A stretch of DNA of 64,000 nucleotides from IMG/VR virus record IMGVR_UViG_3300030099_008323, positions 122,104 through 186,103 of that record; one strand, 5' to 3'. The DNA is from a virus. The number at the start of each line of letters is the position of its first letter. The stretch's first letter is position 1. Positions 39,225-48,954 of the stretch are shown piece after piece. The notes beneath the pieces were generated by a model. The model had not been told where the DNA came from. It ran no database searches and worked only from the letters and a program-made list of their open reading frames with translations. The position numbers and the translations under genes were made by a program.

Positions 39225-39830
39225 TTAAATATTAAAAGCCCGCATCATTCTCCTTGCACTGATAATCATCGCTGAGTGCGCAGGCGTCCAGCCACGATAC
39301 TTATGGCCCTCATGATCAGCGTCATACGTACCAAATTTAGCCTTAAGGGCTAGATGCACTAATTCATGTGTAAGAGAACTTTCAGATATTTTATAATCGT
39401 ATCCTCTCCAGACCCAAATTATATTCTGTCCTTCAACCTTACCAATTATTGTTCGTGAAGTAAACAGCTCTCCATTTAAAGAAAATCCTTTATTACTTAC
39501 TTTTTTACTATTGCCCCAACGTATCATAACTTTCTGTAGCATACCTCGTACAGCAAAGTCTCTGTCACCAAAATATTCAACCCACTTGTGGTAAAAGATC
39601 ATTAGAGCTAGGGCTGTTTTATGTTTTGGATAAATATTACAGTTTGGCATTATTTGACTAGCATTTTCAAAAAACGGAATTATAATCATTTGAGGCATTT
39701 TTTCATCAGGCATACATAAAGAATTTTTGTATAATTTTTTATTATCATTTGTAAAAAAAACATTAGGGCCATGTCCTGAACATGTGACACAAAAACTTAA
39801 AGCCAATAAAAATATTATTTTTCTTAACAA
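39225..39830 (-). CDS. Lipoprotein-like HExxH protein
   Basis: Signal peptide with Cys; LTHELVH. Confidence 0.5.
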   Translation of the reverse strand: MLRKIIFLLALSFCVTCSGHGPNVFFTNDNKKLYKNSLCMPDEKMPQMIIIPFFENASQIMPNCNIYPKHKTALALMIFYHKWVEYFGDRDFAVRGMLQKVMIRWGNSKKVSNKGFSLNGELFTSRTIIGKVEGQNIIWVWRGYDYKISESSLTHELVHLALKAKFGTYDADHEGHKYRGWTPAHSAMIISARRMMRAFNI

Positions 39831-39842
39831 ACACTGAGTCTC

Positions 39843-40070
39843 CTAGCATTCTGCTTTTTTCTTGGTTACCATAAGGGCTCTAGTTACAACATCAGCTTTT
39901 AGGTCTTCTAAAATATGCGAAAAATTTTCAATATCTGATTTTGTTATTTCATCCATCATTGCCCAAAGAGAATCAACTTCATCTTTCAATAGTTCATTCT
40001 CTTTTTTAGCTTTCTTAATTTGTTCCTCAAGCGATTCAATTTCTTTTTGCAGTTTATCTAAATTTTTCAT
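39843..40070 (-). CDS. Coiled-coil hypothetical protein
   Basis: Heptad pattern; RBS upstream. Confidence 0.55.
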   Translation of the reverse strand: MKNLDKLQKEIESLEEQIKKAKKENELLKDEVDSLWAMMDEITKSDIENFSHILEDLKADVVTRALMVTKKKAEC

Positions 40071-41968
40071 TAATTTTCATCCTTACATATCTCATCTAAG
40101 ATCTTCATCAAACTATTATACATTGTAGTTGGGTTGTTTGACAACAAGAACCATTCTCCGCCTCCGGCATCAGATAATTGCTCCCATTTTTGCTTATCAG
40201 ATCCTGATCTAGAAAAAGTATATAACTTAAGTTGCGATGTTGTTCCCAAGGCGCTTTTAACATCATCTAGTTCTAGAACGGGATCCATATAGCTTTGAGG
40301 GTCCTCATCGCTAAACACAATTATTATCTTTTCGACGCCGGGACGCCAATTAACATTAAAATTTTGAAGGGGTGGTTCCGACTCAACCACCTGAACCCCA
40401 GTGCCTGTTTGGTAAACCAAGCCTTGCCAATTTAAATCTATTATAGGATATATCAAATTTGAAGAAATATTATGTATCGATAAATATATTGCATCTAACA
40501 ACATTTCACGCATGCCATTCATTCCATTAGGACTAGAATCCAGCCCAGACATAGAATTTAAAAATTCTGTAAATCCTGTCAAATTCTGTACCATCTCAAG
40601 TCTTTCATAAAAAAGAGGACCTGTTGGCGAAGGCGCAGGCCCTCTTAGCATTCCCCATTGTAAAACTTCTTCATCACTAAAGTCTGCAGCAAATTTATTT
40701 AAAGCAATCATTACAGCATTTATCTCATCACCCATAGACCCAGACCAATCAACAATAAAAAGAATATCAGTTTCTTTCATTTTTTCGCCGTAGTCAGTTA
40801 CACCATCACAGTCATCATCAATTCCATTGCAAATTTCATTTTGCGGTGTTACTTCGCCTAGACACATACCACCAACAAACTGACCAAGTTCATCCCAATT
40901 ACCCCAAGAGCCGGCATCACAAACCATCTCTCCAGGCTCACATATTCCAACAGAAGCTGTTTCTAGAGGTCCTGTATAACATCCAGAAATTAAATTTTCA
41001 TCGACTAGTTGATTACAATTATCGTCAAAATTATTACATTTTTCATCTTCAAGTGGGATACCAACAAAAGGATCACACGAAGCAGGATCTTGTAATTCAG
41101 GAGGTAACCAGTAACAAAGAGCGTAACAAGGGGTTGTTATAATTTCTGCGCATTGTGTATCGACACATTCGCATGTTTTAAAACCTTGGCCACAAATAAG
41201 TGGGCTCTCTTCGCAGGGAAACAAAGTACCAACGTCTTGTATTGTACACGTGCACTCTAGCCCTTCATCAATTTGATTATCACAATCGTTATCAAACCCG
41301 TCACATATTTCATTTTGAGGTTGTTTTGCCGTGCAAGAAATCCAATTTCCATCATCACATACCTCATAGCCATTACCGCAAACAGTAGAACATGACTGAA
41401 TTAAATCTTCATCAGTCTCACCGTTACAATCATTGTCTACCCCATCACAAACTTCAGGAGGGACAATTCCGCATTCACCACAAACATTTAATTGATTTTC
41501 ATCAATCAAATCATCACAGTCATCATCGATGCCGTTACAAGATTCCTCATAACATTCTGTTACACAATCAGTGTACTGTATCTTGCCTTTGTTGCACACT
41601 TTATCTTGTGTGCCAGGATATCCGTCATCTGTTGTACATTCTAAAGACGCAATCAAATATTGTGTTGGATCGCACTCCATATGCTCTGTACAGGGTGTCT
41701 CTGAATGAAGTGTAGGAGGATCTTCACAAACATTCATACAAATTTCTTTTTGCCATATAGAGTCTAGTGGAGGACAAAAATACATTTTACATTCAATGCA
41801 TTCAGGACCATTAGTATCTGGTGTATCTTCCCATGGAATAATTTCTGGCTCTTCCACTACGCCAGCATTAGAGTCTAGATCTTCAGTCCCGGCGCTCCCG
41901 TCATTCGCAGTACTGCAGCCATATTGCAACACAACCAATGCTAAAAAAGCCACCAATAACTGCTTCAT
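40070..41968 (-). CDS. Lipoprotein with five Cys/Asp-rich MopE-type repeats and C-terminal vWA domain
   Basis: Lipobox LQYGC; five E.C(D/N)..D(N/D)(D/N)C repeats; DILFIVDWSGSM MIDAS; IIVFSDE. Confidence 0.85.
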   Translation of the reverse strand: MKQLLVAFLALVVLQYGCSTANDGSAGTEDLDSNAGVVEEPEIIPWEDTPDTNGPECIECKMYFCPPLDSIWQKEICMNVCEDPPTLHSETPCTEHMECDPTQYLIASLECTTDDGYPGTQDKVCNKGKIQYTDCVTECYEESCNGIDDDCDDLIDENQLNVCGECGIVPPEVCDGVDNDCNGETDEDLIQSCSTVCGNGYEVCDDGNWISCTAKQPQNEICDGFDNDCDNQIDEGLECTCTIQDVGTLFPCEESPLICGQGFKTCECVDTQCAEIITTPCYALCYWLPPELQDPASCDPFVGIPLEDEKCNNFDDNCNQLVDENLISGCYTGPLETASVGICEPGEMVCDAGSWGNWDELGQFVGGMCLGEVTPQNEICNGIDDDCDGVTDYGEKMKETDILFIVDWSGSMGDEINAVMIALNKFAADFSDEEVLQWGMLRGPAPSPTGPLFYERLEMVQNLTGFTEFLNSMSGLDSSPNGMNGMREMLLDAIYLSIHNISSNLIYPIIDLNWQGLVYQTGTGVQVVESEPPLQNFNVNWRPGVEKIIIVFSDEDPQSYMDPVLELDDVKSALGTTSQLKLYTFSRSGSDKQKWEQLSDAGGGEWFLLSNNPTTMYNSLMKILDEICKDEN

Positions 41969-41979
41969 AACCTAAACCC

Positions 41980-42270
41980 TCATGGACCCCACTTATTAAA
42001 CAAATATCCCTTCACGTCAATTTCTTCGGTATCCTCTAGATTTTTTTGATATTCTGAGTCTAAAAACAAAGAGGCGAGAGATTTACCTGCCTTGTAAGAT
42101 GAAGAAAATTCTTCTTTTAATTTCTTACTATAACCATATTCAGCTCTAAAAGATGGATTGAGTTTCCACTTGCCTGACCAAACGTTCAATTTTACAGATC
42201 CAATAAATTGATCTTGCACATAGATCTCGTTTTCAACTCCATCATTTATTTCTTTAAAGCTTATTTTCAT
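41980..42270 (-). CDS. Hypothetical protein
   Basis: 96-aa ORF. Confidence 0.5.
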   Translation of the reverse strand: MKISFKEINDGVENEIYVQDQFIGSVKLNVWSGKWKLNPSFRAEYGYSKKLKEEFSSSYKAGKSLASLFLDSEYQKNLEDTEEIDVKGYLFNKWGP

Positions 42271-42331
42271 ATTAATAACTAGTTTCTATATTGTTCCTAT
42301 AATGAATTTTATTTATATTTAAGGAGAAAAC

Positions 42332-42634
42332 ATGAATTATAGGCTTATTCACAGAGGTGATAAAGACTTTGAACCTACATTAGATTTTTTAGAAAAAAAA
42401 TACTTTCATAATGGCGGCGGCCCAGACGCAGAAGAAATTTGGAATAAATGCAAACAAGAAGTTAAAGAAGATGGGTGGGTGAGTTTTTACGGGACTAATT
42501 CACAAGTATCGAACTTAATCAAAAGAAATAGAATAGGAATTAAAGCTGTTAGATACGATAAAGACGGCGCAGAATTGTTTTATGATTCAAAACATGTAAA
42601 GTCTTTTTTTACAATGGTTAAGATTAGAAAATAA
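42332..42634 (+). CDS. Hypothetical protein
   Basis: AAGGAG RBS, 100 aa. Confidence 0.55.
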   Translation: MNYRLIHRGDKDFEPTLDFLEKKYFHNGGGPDAEEIWNKCKQEVKEDGWVSFYGTNSQVSNLIKRNRIGIKAVRYDKDGAELFYDSKHVKSFFTMVKIRK

Positions 42635-42636
42635 AT

Positions 42637-45600
42637 TTATCTAATCCATCTCTTACTTTTTAGAAAAGCTAGGAACCTCTGTGCTCTCATTCTGTCATCT
42701 TTACTAAATCTAGATTTTAATCCGGATAAAATTTTAAAATTATGAATCCAAGCCTGATTAATATTTTCTGGATTAAAATTTAATTTATTTAATTTTTTTG
42801 ATTTTGGTAGTTCACTAGTGGCTATACTAGGTGTGGAGATATCGTCATTGTCTACAGCTTGGTCAGAAACCACATCCTCATCTGTAATGAGAATATCTTT
42901 AAACTCTTCATATCCTTCTCTTTTTTTAACATTTTTAGGACTATACATATTTTGCCACAATTTATATACATCTGGAGTAAGTGCAGTTCTTTCTAACAAA
43001 TCTTCAATATGGCGGTCGTGGTAGTAAGAGTCTTTATACACTTTTTCAGGGCTCCAATTTTTTCTTAATTCTAATTCATAAATTAAGCTCTCTAGAGGCA
43101 AAAGACGCTTGAAAGCCCCTGGTTTATCAGAAAGATGTGTTGATGCCGCGGCAGAAACATTTAGTGTGGCATTATATTTTAAAATAGCTCCTGTTTCTAA
43201 TTCTTTGGGTTTATCAGGCCAGTACCCAGTTTTCTGATACACTGTATATTTTATTAATCTGTTTATTTCTTCGGCTGTTAGACGTAATATTGCAGCGCCA
43301 TTGTCAACTTTTTCAAATCCTTTTTTAAGCGTTTCTCTCTGTAAGCCCTCAGTAATTGCCATAAATTTAGTAGCTGTATGACAGAATTCCCAGTAGTATG
43401 CCCTCTCATAAAATTTGTGTTTACTGCTTTTTTTCTTTGCTTTAAGCATGTCTAGTGCTCTCGTGACGAGGCCGGCTTCAGGATAAAATATTAAAGCCAG
43501 CGGAGCAGAAATTGGATGCATTAGTGGCTTGTTAGCTTTGATAAACTCTTCAACATTTTTTGTTTTATCTGAGCTTTCATATTCTTGCAAGACGTCAAGC
43601 CAAGTTTTATTTGTAAAGCCCATCGCACCTATTTCCTTACCTCTCTCTATAGCATCTTTATTTAAATACTCAGATATTGGCTTCCCATCTGGAGACAGAT
43701 TCAAAGATAAATTTGAATTTACAAATTTTTCTATTGAACTCTTAGTCATAGTTCTTGATGTGATGCTTGTTATTTTTGTAGCAGCCTCCACAGATCTTTT
43801 TAATATTTCGTGAAACTCACGTGGTTCATATTTATCTCTTTCAAAACATGCCGCAAGGCCTTGATAGAGCTTCTCAAAATTTTCTGCAAAAATATCGATA
43901 TTATTTTCTATCTGAGAAAAGTCTTTTTGCATTTTTCGCTCCGGCCCAAAATAATTGCCAGATTCATAATCATGCCATCCATTTTCTTCATATTTTCCAT
44001 TTTTATAATCTTGTATAATACGATTATATATCCTAATATCCTCTGTTTTGGTTGGGGATAGGCCATAGCATTGTGGCTCAGCCGGCCCCAGATCGAATGA
44101 TTGAGCCATTAACCAACTTTTTCTCATTTCACATGCAAAAGAAAAAGTACCAGGCTGCAAATATGATGGGCATCTACATAGATAGCCTATAACACCAATT
44201 GGATCAAACATCATGAAGAACGCTGTAATACCCCGGAAAGCCGGGGTTTGTATTACGTTTCCTTGCTCTAATTCATTAAGGTCGGAAAGATAAAAGAACG
44301 GGGAGAGTATTTTAAGTACTCTTTGTGCGCCTTTCATTAAGGTGCCTGTTAGCGCTAGTAAATCATCAGTTACCCTTAAAAATAATTTTCTATCACTAAT
44401 TGTTTCCATCTGCACAAATATCTTCTTTGCAGCTTCTTTTGCTTGCTTGAACTCTGCATCACTTGCAAACACATCATTAGCATTAAGCTCATCTAAAAAC
44501 TTCATGTATTTTTTTTCTGCACCACGAACATTGAGGGTCTTACCAGATTTTTTCATCTGTCTAAACATCGCCTCTAATGTAAGATTCGGATCGATATTCA
44601 TTCCTTTGGTAGCTGGTATCATATCTAAAACATCAGCGCCAGGTAAATATCTAAGATATTTCGCTTTGCGAGGGCCCGTAAACGTCTCTAGGGCTGATTT
44701 TTTTACTTTAACTTTATCGGTTTGATATTTTTTAGCTAACTTTCTGAGATCTTCAACTTGTTTGCTTAAAAATGTATTATTTACTCCTGCTTTTTTTCTA
44801 TCATATGGTCCATTAGAAAGCAAGGCGCCTATACCAACACGTGGAAAAAGTGGCATTTTTTGATCACTAGTGCCGCCTAACTGTGCTAGCATTTCTTTAA
44901 TTACATCAAGTTCAGCGCCACTTACATCAGTAAATATCAGTCGACCAGATTCAAGTTGGTCTAGTAGTGTTCTATACCTCCAAACATCACCTGTTCTTCT
45001 GCTACTGAAAAAATCAAAAACTTGTCCACGCGCCCCTGCTCCAGCAATATTATCTGTTGCTTCAGCTAGCCATCGACCTCTTCCATCTGGCTTAACTTTG
45101 AAATCAACACCCCATATATAATTTGTTGTTTCATGAACAAAATCGTATGTTGTTGATATGTCAATATTCATTCTATCAGGAAGAGAGGTATTCAAAATAT
45201 CAGACAGCCTCACAGATAGGCCAGAGTTTTCTGGCTTCCATGATCTTCTTAGCGCGCCAAGTTTATTAATTTCATTATTAATTTGAGCTGCAGCACTAGC
45301 CCAAGCGCCGTTCGCATTGCTAGCTAGCTTATAGTTTACAGACTTACCTTTTATGTCAGATATCGTTCCATCGTTTTGAAATTTTATAGCTGATTTTTCA
45401 TTCTCAGGCAGGGCGTCTATGAGATTATCGATCCAGCTGCTATCAAATCTAGGATCAACTGTGTGGCGTATGATTGGTCTTTCAGAATTTCTAATTCTTC
45501 TTTGAGCCGCTAAAAGTGCATCATCACCTGCAGAAGTTGCATTACGTACTTCTCTTTCTAGAGAAATGAGAAATTTACCGCCACTATTCACCGCCTCTGG

Positions 45601-46365
45601 CGATCGGCTAGTCATATTTTCTAAAGCTTGCACGCCATGGCCAGTATAAGCAAAAGAGCCAATAACTTTAGGCTCCACTCCTTTTCTTTGAAATATTGTA
45701 ACTGGACTTTTTTTATCGCTGTATTTAACTACAGTTGCGCGCGCAACAATATTGTCATTGGGAGGCCCGGTAATATTAACTATTTTTAAAATTTTTGCTT
45801 GATTCTTGACTACTGAATCTAATTCTTTCATATTAACAAATAGCTGAAAAAATCTATCAATGCCATCAATCGCTCTTCTTCCTGCTGCATCAGCTGAGCT
45901 AGCTATTTCTTGATACTTAGGACTATTTTTAAGTACTTTGTCGTAAGTTTGATAAAATTCATATAATGGCCATTTTCCAGCAGCAACTTCATATATTACA
46001 ATATCCAATATAGAATCGTAATTTGCACCAACAATATCATTAAGCGCACCTAAGATAAATTGATAAATTGCAGTCTCTTTTAAAGCTTCTAAGGCTCTTA
46101 TGGCATCTTTCCCACCTAAATCGTATATATACTGCAGCAGCCAATCTCTAGCTTTTTTACCTGTTTGAACTAAACCACCTATAGGCGTCTCAACATCTGC
46201 GGTAGCTGGCTCATTTACCGGCACTTCAGCTAGCTTTTCTCGTGCTCTAGCCATTTCTCCTGCTAGGCCTGGATCCGTTGGTCGCGGCGATCGCCCCTTG
46301 AATTCAATAATTTTTTTAGCCTCATGGAGGATGAAGCTTTCAAGATCTGCTTTATTTAATTTCAT
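42637..46365 (-). CDS. 1242-aa leader-bearing protein of unknown function (putative internal/ejection protein)
   Basis: MKLNKADLESFILHEAKKIIE leader variant; no recognisable catalytic motif. Confidence 0.6.
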   Translation of the reverse strand: MKLNKADLESFILHEAKKIIEFKGRSPRPTDPGLAGEMARAREKLAEVPVNEPATADVETPIGGLVQTGKKARDWLLQYIYDLGGKDAIRALEALKETAIYQFILGALNDIVGANYDSILDIVIYEVAAGKWPLYEFYQTYDKVLKNSPKYQEIASSADAAGRRAIDGIDRFFQLFVNMKELDSVVKNQAKILKIVNITGPPNDNIVARATVVKYSDKKSPVTIFQRKGVEPKVIGSFAYTGHGVQALENMTSRSPEAVNSGGKFLISLEREVRNATSAGDDALLAAQRRIRNSERPIIRHTVDPRFDSSWIDNLIDALPENEKSAIKFQNDGTISDIKGKSVNYKLASNANGAWASAAAQINNEINKLGALRRSWKPENSGLSVRLSDILNTSLPDRMNIDISTTYDFVHETTNYIWGVDFKVKPDGRGRWLAEATDNIAGAGARGQVFDFFSSRRTGDVWRYRTLLDQLESGRLIFTDVSGAELDVIKEMLAQLGGTSDQKMPLFPRVGIGALLSNGPYDRKKAGVNNTFLSKQVEDLRKLAKKYQTDKVKVKKSALETFTGPRKAKYLRYLPGADVLDMIPATKGMNIDPNLTLEAMFRQMKKSGKTLNVRGAEKKYMKFLDELNANDVFASDAEFKQAKEAAKKIFVQMETISDRKLFLRVTDDLLALTGTLMKGAQRVLKILSPFFYLSDLNELEQGNVIQTPAFRGITAFFMMFDPIGVIGYLCRCPSYLQPGTFSFACEMRKSWLMAQSFDLGPAEPQCYGLSPTKTEDIRIYNRIIQDYKNGKYEENGWHDYESGNYFGPERKMQKDFSQIENNIDIFAENFEKLYQGLAACFERDKYEPREFHEILKRSVEAATKITSITSRTMTKSSIEKFVNSNLSLNLSPDGKPISEYLNKDAIERGKEIGAMGFTNKTWLDVLQEYESSDKTKNVEEFIKANKPLMHPISAPLALIFYPEAGLVTRALDMLKAKKKSSKHKFYERAYYWEFCHTATKFMAITEGLQRETLKKGFEKVDNGAAILRLTAEEINRLIKYTVYQKTGYWPDKPKELETGAILKYNATLNVSAAASTHLSDKPGAFKRLLPLESLIYELELRKNWSPEKVYKDSYYHDRHIEDLLERTALTPDVYKLWQNMYSPKNVKKREGYEEFKDILITDEDVVSDQAVDNDDISTPSIATSELPKSKKLNKLNFNPENINQAWIHNFKILSGLKSRFSKDDRMRAQRFLAFLKSKRWIR

Positions 46366-46425
46366 GTAATATTGTCCAACTTAAAATGCGCGCAGCGCGA
46401 AAAAATTTTCCTTACTTGCCCAGGC

Positions 46426-46938
46426 CTAAAGATCGTCAGGCTCACCATAATCGTCAGGTAAACCACCTGGATTAACGGGATCGATCTGTCTTAGTTGCAT
46501 AGCCTTAGCTAAACCGGTTTCTGCCAAGCTGGAAGGCTGTCTGTCTTCAGGAACCAGCTTCTCTATGGCTACGAGCTGCTCACTTAAATCTCTAGATTTA
46601 GCATATTTATTGTAGAGTTTGCCTAGCTCAGTTAGAGCTTCTTCCCATCTTTCGTTTTTCGAGTACTGAGATAAAATATTCTTATTTCTAGTCCAGTAAT
46701 TTTTAACAGTGAACATCATATCGCGATAAGCTTGCTGAGGGTTGTCGACAACATCCTTTTCCTCATATTTTGTACCAAGCTGATCTCTTACAAAATGCTC
46801 TCTTACTTCTAAAAGCTTTCTAACCAGCTGCCCGCCGCTCTTCATCTCAGGATTCATGCCTAGATCTTCTTGCTCAGCAAAAAAATTCTGAAGCTCTTCT
46901 TTAATAATCTGCTGTAATCTTTGTTTTGTAATTTTCAT
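46426..46938 (-). CDS. Leader-bearing hypothetical protein
   Basis: MKITKQRLQQIIKEELQNFFAE. Confidence 0.7.
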   Translation of the reverse strand: MKITKQRLQQIIKEELQNFFAEQEDLGMNPEMKSGGQLVRKLLEVREHFVRDQLGTKYEEKDVVDNPQQAYRDMMFTVKNYWTRNKNILSQYSKNERWEEALTELGKLYNKYAKSRDLSEQLVAIEKLVPEDRQPSSLAETGLAKAMQLRQIDPVNPGGLPDDYGEPDDL

Positions 46939-46939
46939 C

Positions 46940-47236
46940 TTAATTTCCCTTCTGATCTTTTGCCCAGATCTGTGGACATCGTTTTTTTGATTTGCTCATT
47001 AGTTGCGCCTTAACTATATCGTCTTTAGCGCCGGCCCTCAATTCATTGCGAAAGCTTAAGCCACGTTTAGTATCTTCACATGCTAGCTTTACAGCCTCAT
47101 CCGGGGCGTCATCTGCTTTATCATCAAAATCATCTGGAAAGTCTGGTATCTGAATATCACCAGGCCTTACTCTCTCAAGGACGTTTGCTATTTCCTCTTT
47201 AATAATCTGTTTAAGTTTATCTTTCGTAATTTTCAT
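46940..47236 (-). CDS. Leader-bearing hypothetical protein
   Basis: MKITKDKLKQIIKEEIANVLE. Confidence 0.7.
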   Translation of the reverse strand: MKITKDKLKQIIKEEIANVLERVRPGDIQIPDFPDDFDDKADDAPDEAVKLACEDTKRGLSFRNELRAGAKDDIVKAQLMSKSKKRCPQIWAKDQKGN

Positions 47237-47267
47237 TATATAACTCCCGTTGCTATATTAAGTATAT

Positions 47268-47492
47268 ATGAAGAATACATTAATAATTGTATCATTTTTA
47301 ATTAGTTTGTTAATCACGAATTACACTTTTGCAATTTGCCAAGTAGCTGAAAAAGATAATGCTTCTTATTGCGAGGTAAGCGAAACAGGGCTATGCTGTG
47401 TAATCGACCTGCCAGACAATTGTTACGAAGTATGGTGTTATGACTATAGAGATTGCGTCTGGGGATCAACCGACGTTGCAATTTGTTTTTAA
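47268..47492 (+). CDS. Small secreted Cys-rich protein
   Basis: Signal peptide plus 8 Cys in about 50 aa. Confidence 0.5.
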   Translation: MKNTLIIVSFLISLLITNYTFAICQVAEKDNASYCEVSETGLCCVIDLPDNCYEVWCYDYRDCVWGSTDVAICF

Positions 47493-47680
47493 TCTGACCC
47501 AACGCACTCTGTCTCTTCTACACCAAAGTTGTTTGTTTCTTCGTCTTCTTTGTCCCAGATAAGCTGCAGCACTTCCATTCGATGATCTTCCTGGATAGTA
47601 GGACCTATTTCACGGAGGTTCGAACGTGCCTCAAAGCTGGTTAATTTGTTTTTCTGTAATTCAACACATATGATACACAT
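47489..47680 (-). CDS. Small hypothetical protein (CxxC N-terminus)
   Basis: MCIIC...; GGAGG RBS. Confidence 0.55.
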   Translation of the reverse strand: MCIICVELQKNKLTSFEARSNLREIGPTIQEDHRMEVLQLIWDKEDEETNNFGVEETECVGSD

Positions 47681-47694
47681 AGCATAGTTTCCTC

Positions 47695-47961
47695 CTACTT
47701 TGCTTTGCTTTTGAAATTAGTTTCTTTGCGTGAGCGTGCTATAGCTTTCTTGATGTCTTCAATTTGTTGCAAGATTGCTTTATTATAATCTCTCTTAGAC
47801 TTATAGGCCTTATAAAGCTGATTAAGCAAATCGCGCACATTGTCGTCATCTTCTTTGCCTTCATTCCATGGATGGTCTTTCTGCAGATCTTCATTAACGC
47901 CAGGGTATTTCTCAATTGCGTCTTTTATCATTTCTTTAATTAGCTCTTTTGAAATGCGCAT
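47695..47961 (-). CDS. Leader-bearing small protein
   Basis: MRISKELIKEMIKDAIE. Confidence 0.55.
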   Translation of the reverse strand: MRISKELIKEMIKDAIEKYPGVNEDLQKDHPWNEGKEDDDNVRDLLNQLYKAYKSKRDYNKAILQQIEDIKKAIARSRKETNFKSKAK

Positions 47962-47964
47962 TAA

Positions 47965-48954
47965 TTATTCCTCAAGCTTTGTTAAGTCGCGACTAAGATC
48001 TTGGAACGCTGTTTTTTTAAGTACTTTGCTCATTTGTTGTTCAAGCTTGCCTAATTCGATCAAACGAAAATCTATATCGCGAATTTTCTTTTCAATATCA
48101 TCTTGATCTGGATCTAAGCTGCCAGGTATTAATTGAGCGATAAGATCTTTTTTTTCAGCATTTAATTTGGCCTTTTCACTTTTAACACGCCGCTCGCGGG
48201 AAGATAGCGATCGCATCTTTGTCAAATTAGGATCTTCGCGGTTTGATGGCATCACAGGGTCGACCGGATTAAGAACGGGCGTCTTAGACTGTTTTGGAGG
48301 CATTTCAACTGGTGGCGTTGTACGATACTGCAGTTTCATTTGATCTAGCTTATTTTGCTCTAGCAGCGCTGCAAACGTATTTGATTGAAGCGCTTCTTTT
48401 AAAATTGACTTAAGCTGTGCTTTTGTGATTTTAACGCTTTTATGTCCTTCATTTATATCTTCGTAATCATCGTCGAACGCATCGATCTCTGCAGGAGATA
48501 ATCCAGTCGCCAGGCCACTCGGCCGAGTGCGCATCATTTTGAGGTGAAACTCAACGTCGCGACCTATCTCAGGCCTTTGTTCTATGACAGCATCCAGCAT
48601 CGCTTGCGCGTTTTGATCACGACCGCTCCTTGCCGCATGAAATAACCTTTCCAGTGCTCTATTATCAAATATCTTAGGCGGACCTTCTAAAGCTTTAGTT
48701 GCTAGCGCTTGATATGGCGTTATATCGCCCACGCTGTGTATTTGCTTTTTTGGTGAATCGATTTTTGATCGATCAGTCACAGCGCTGGTTTGCGCAACTC
48801 CCCTTCTTGGCTCGCCATACCGATTGGCTCTACGCGGCCCATCTAGATCTTCAATATCCAGCTTGGGCTCACCATATTCTGCTGGGTTTCTTTTGTAAGC
48901 CTCTAGAATGATCTCTTTCACTAGTTTTTTAAGTTTATTATTATCAATTTTCAT
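47965..48954 (-). CDS. Leader-bearing protein with a second internal leader copy
   Basis: MKIDNNKLKKLVKEIILE; internal VKITKAQLKSILKEAL; RBS AAGGA before ATG 48954. Confidence 0.65.
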   Translation of the reverse strand: MKIDNNKLKKLVKEIILEAYKRNPAEYGEPKLDIEDLDGPRRANRYGEPRRGVAQTSAVTDRSKIDSPKKQIHSVGDITPYQALATKALEGPPKIFDNRALERLFHAARSGRDQNAQAMLDAVIEQRPEIGRDVEFHLKMMRTRPSGLATGLSPAEIDAFDDDYEDINEGHKSVKITKAQLKSILKEALQSNTFAALLEQNKLDQMKLQYRTTPPVEMPPKQSKTPVLNPVDPVMPSNREDPNLTKMRSLSSRERRVKSEKAKLNAEKKDLIAQLIPGSLDPDQDDIEKKIRDIDFRLIELGKLEQQMSKVLKKTAFQDLSRDLTKLEE

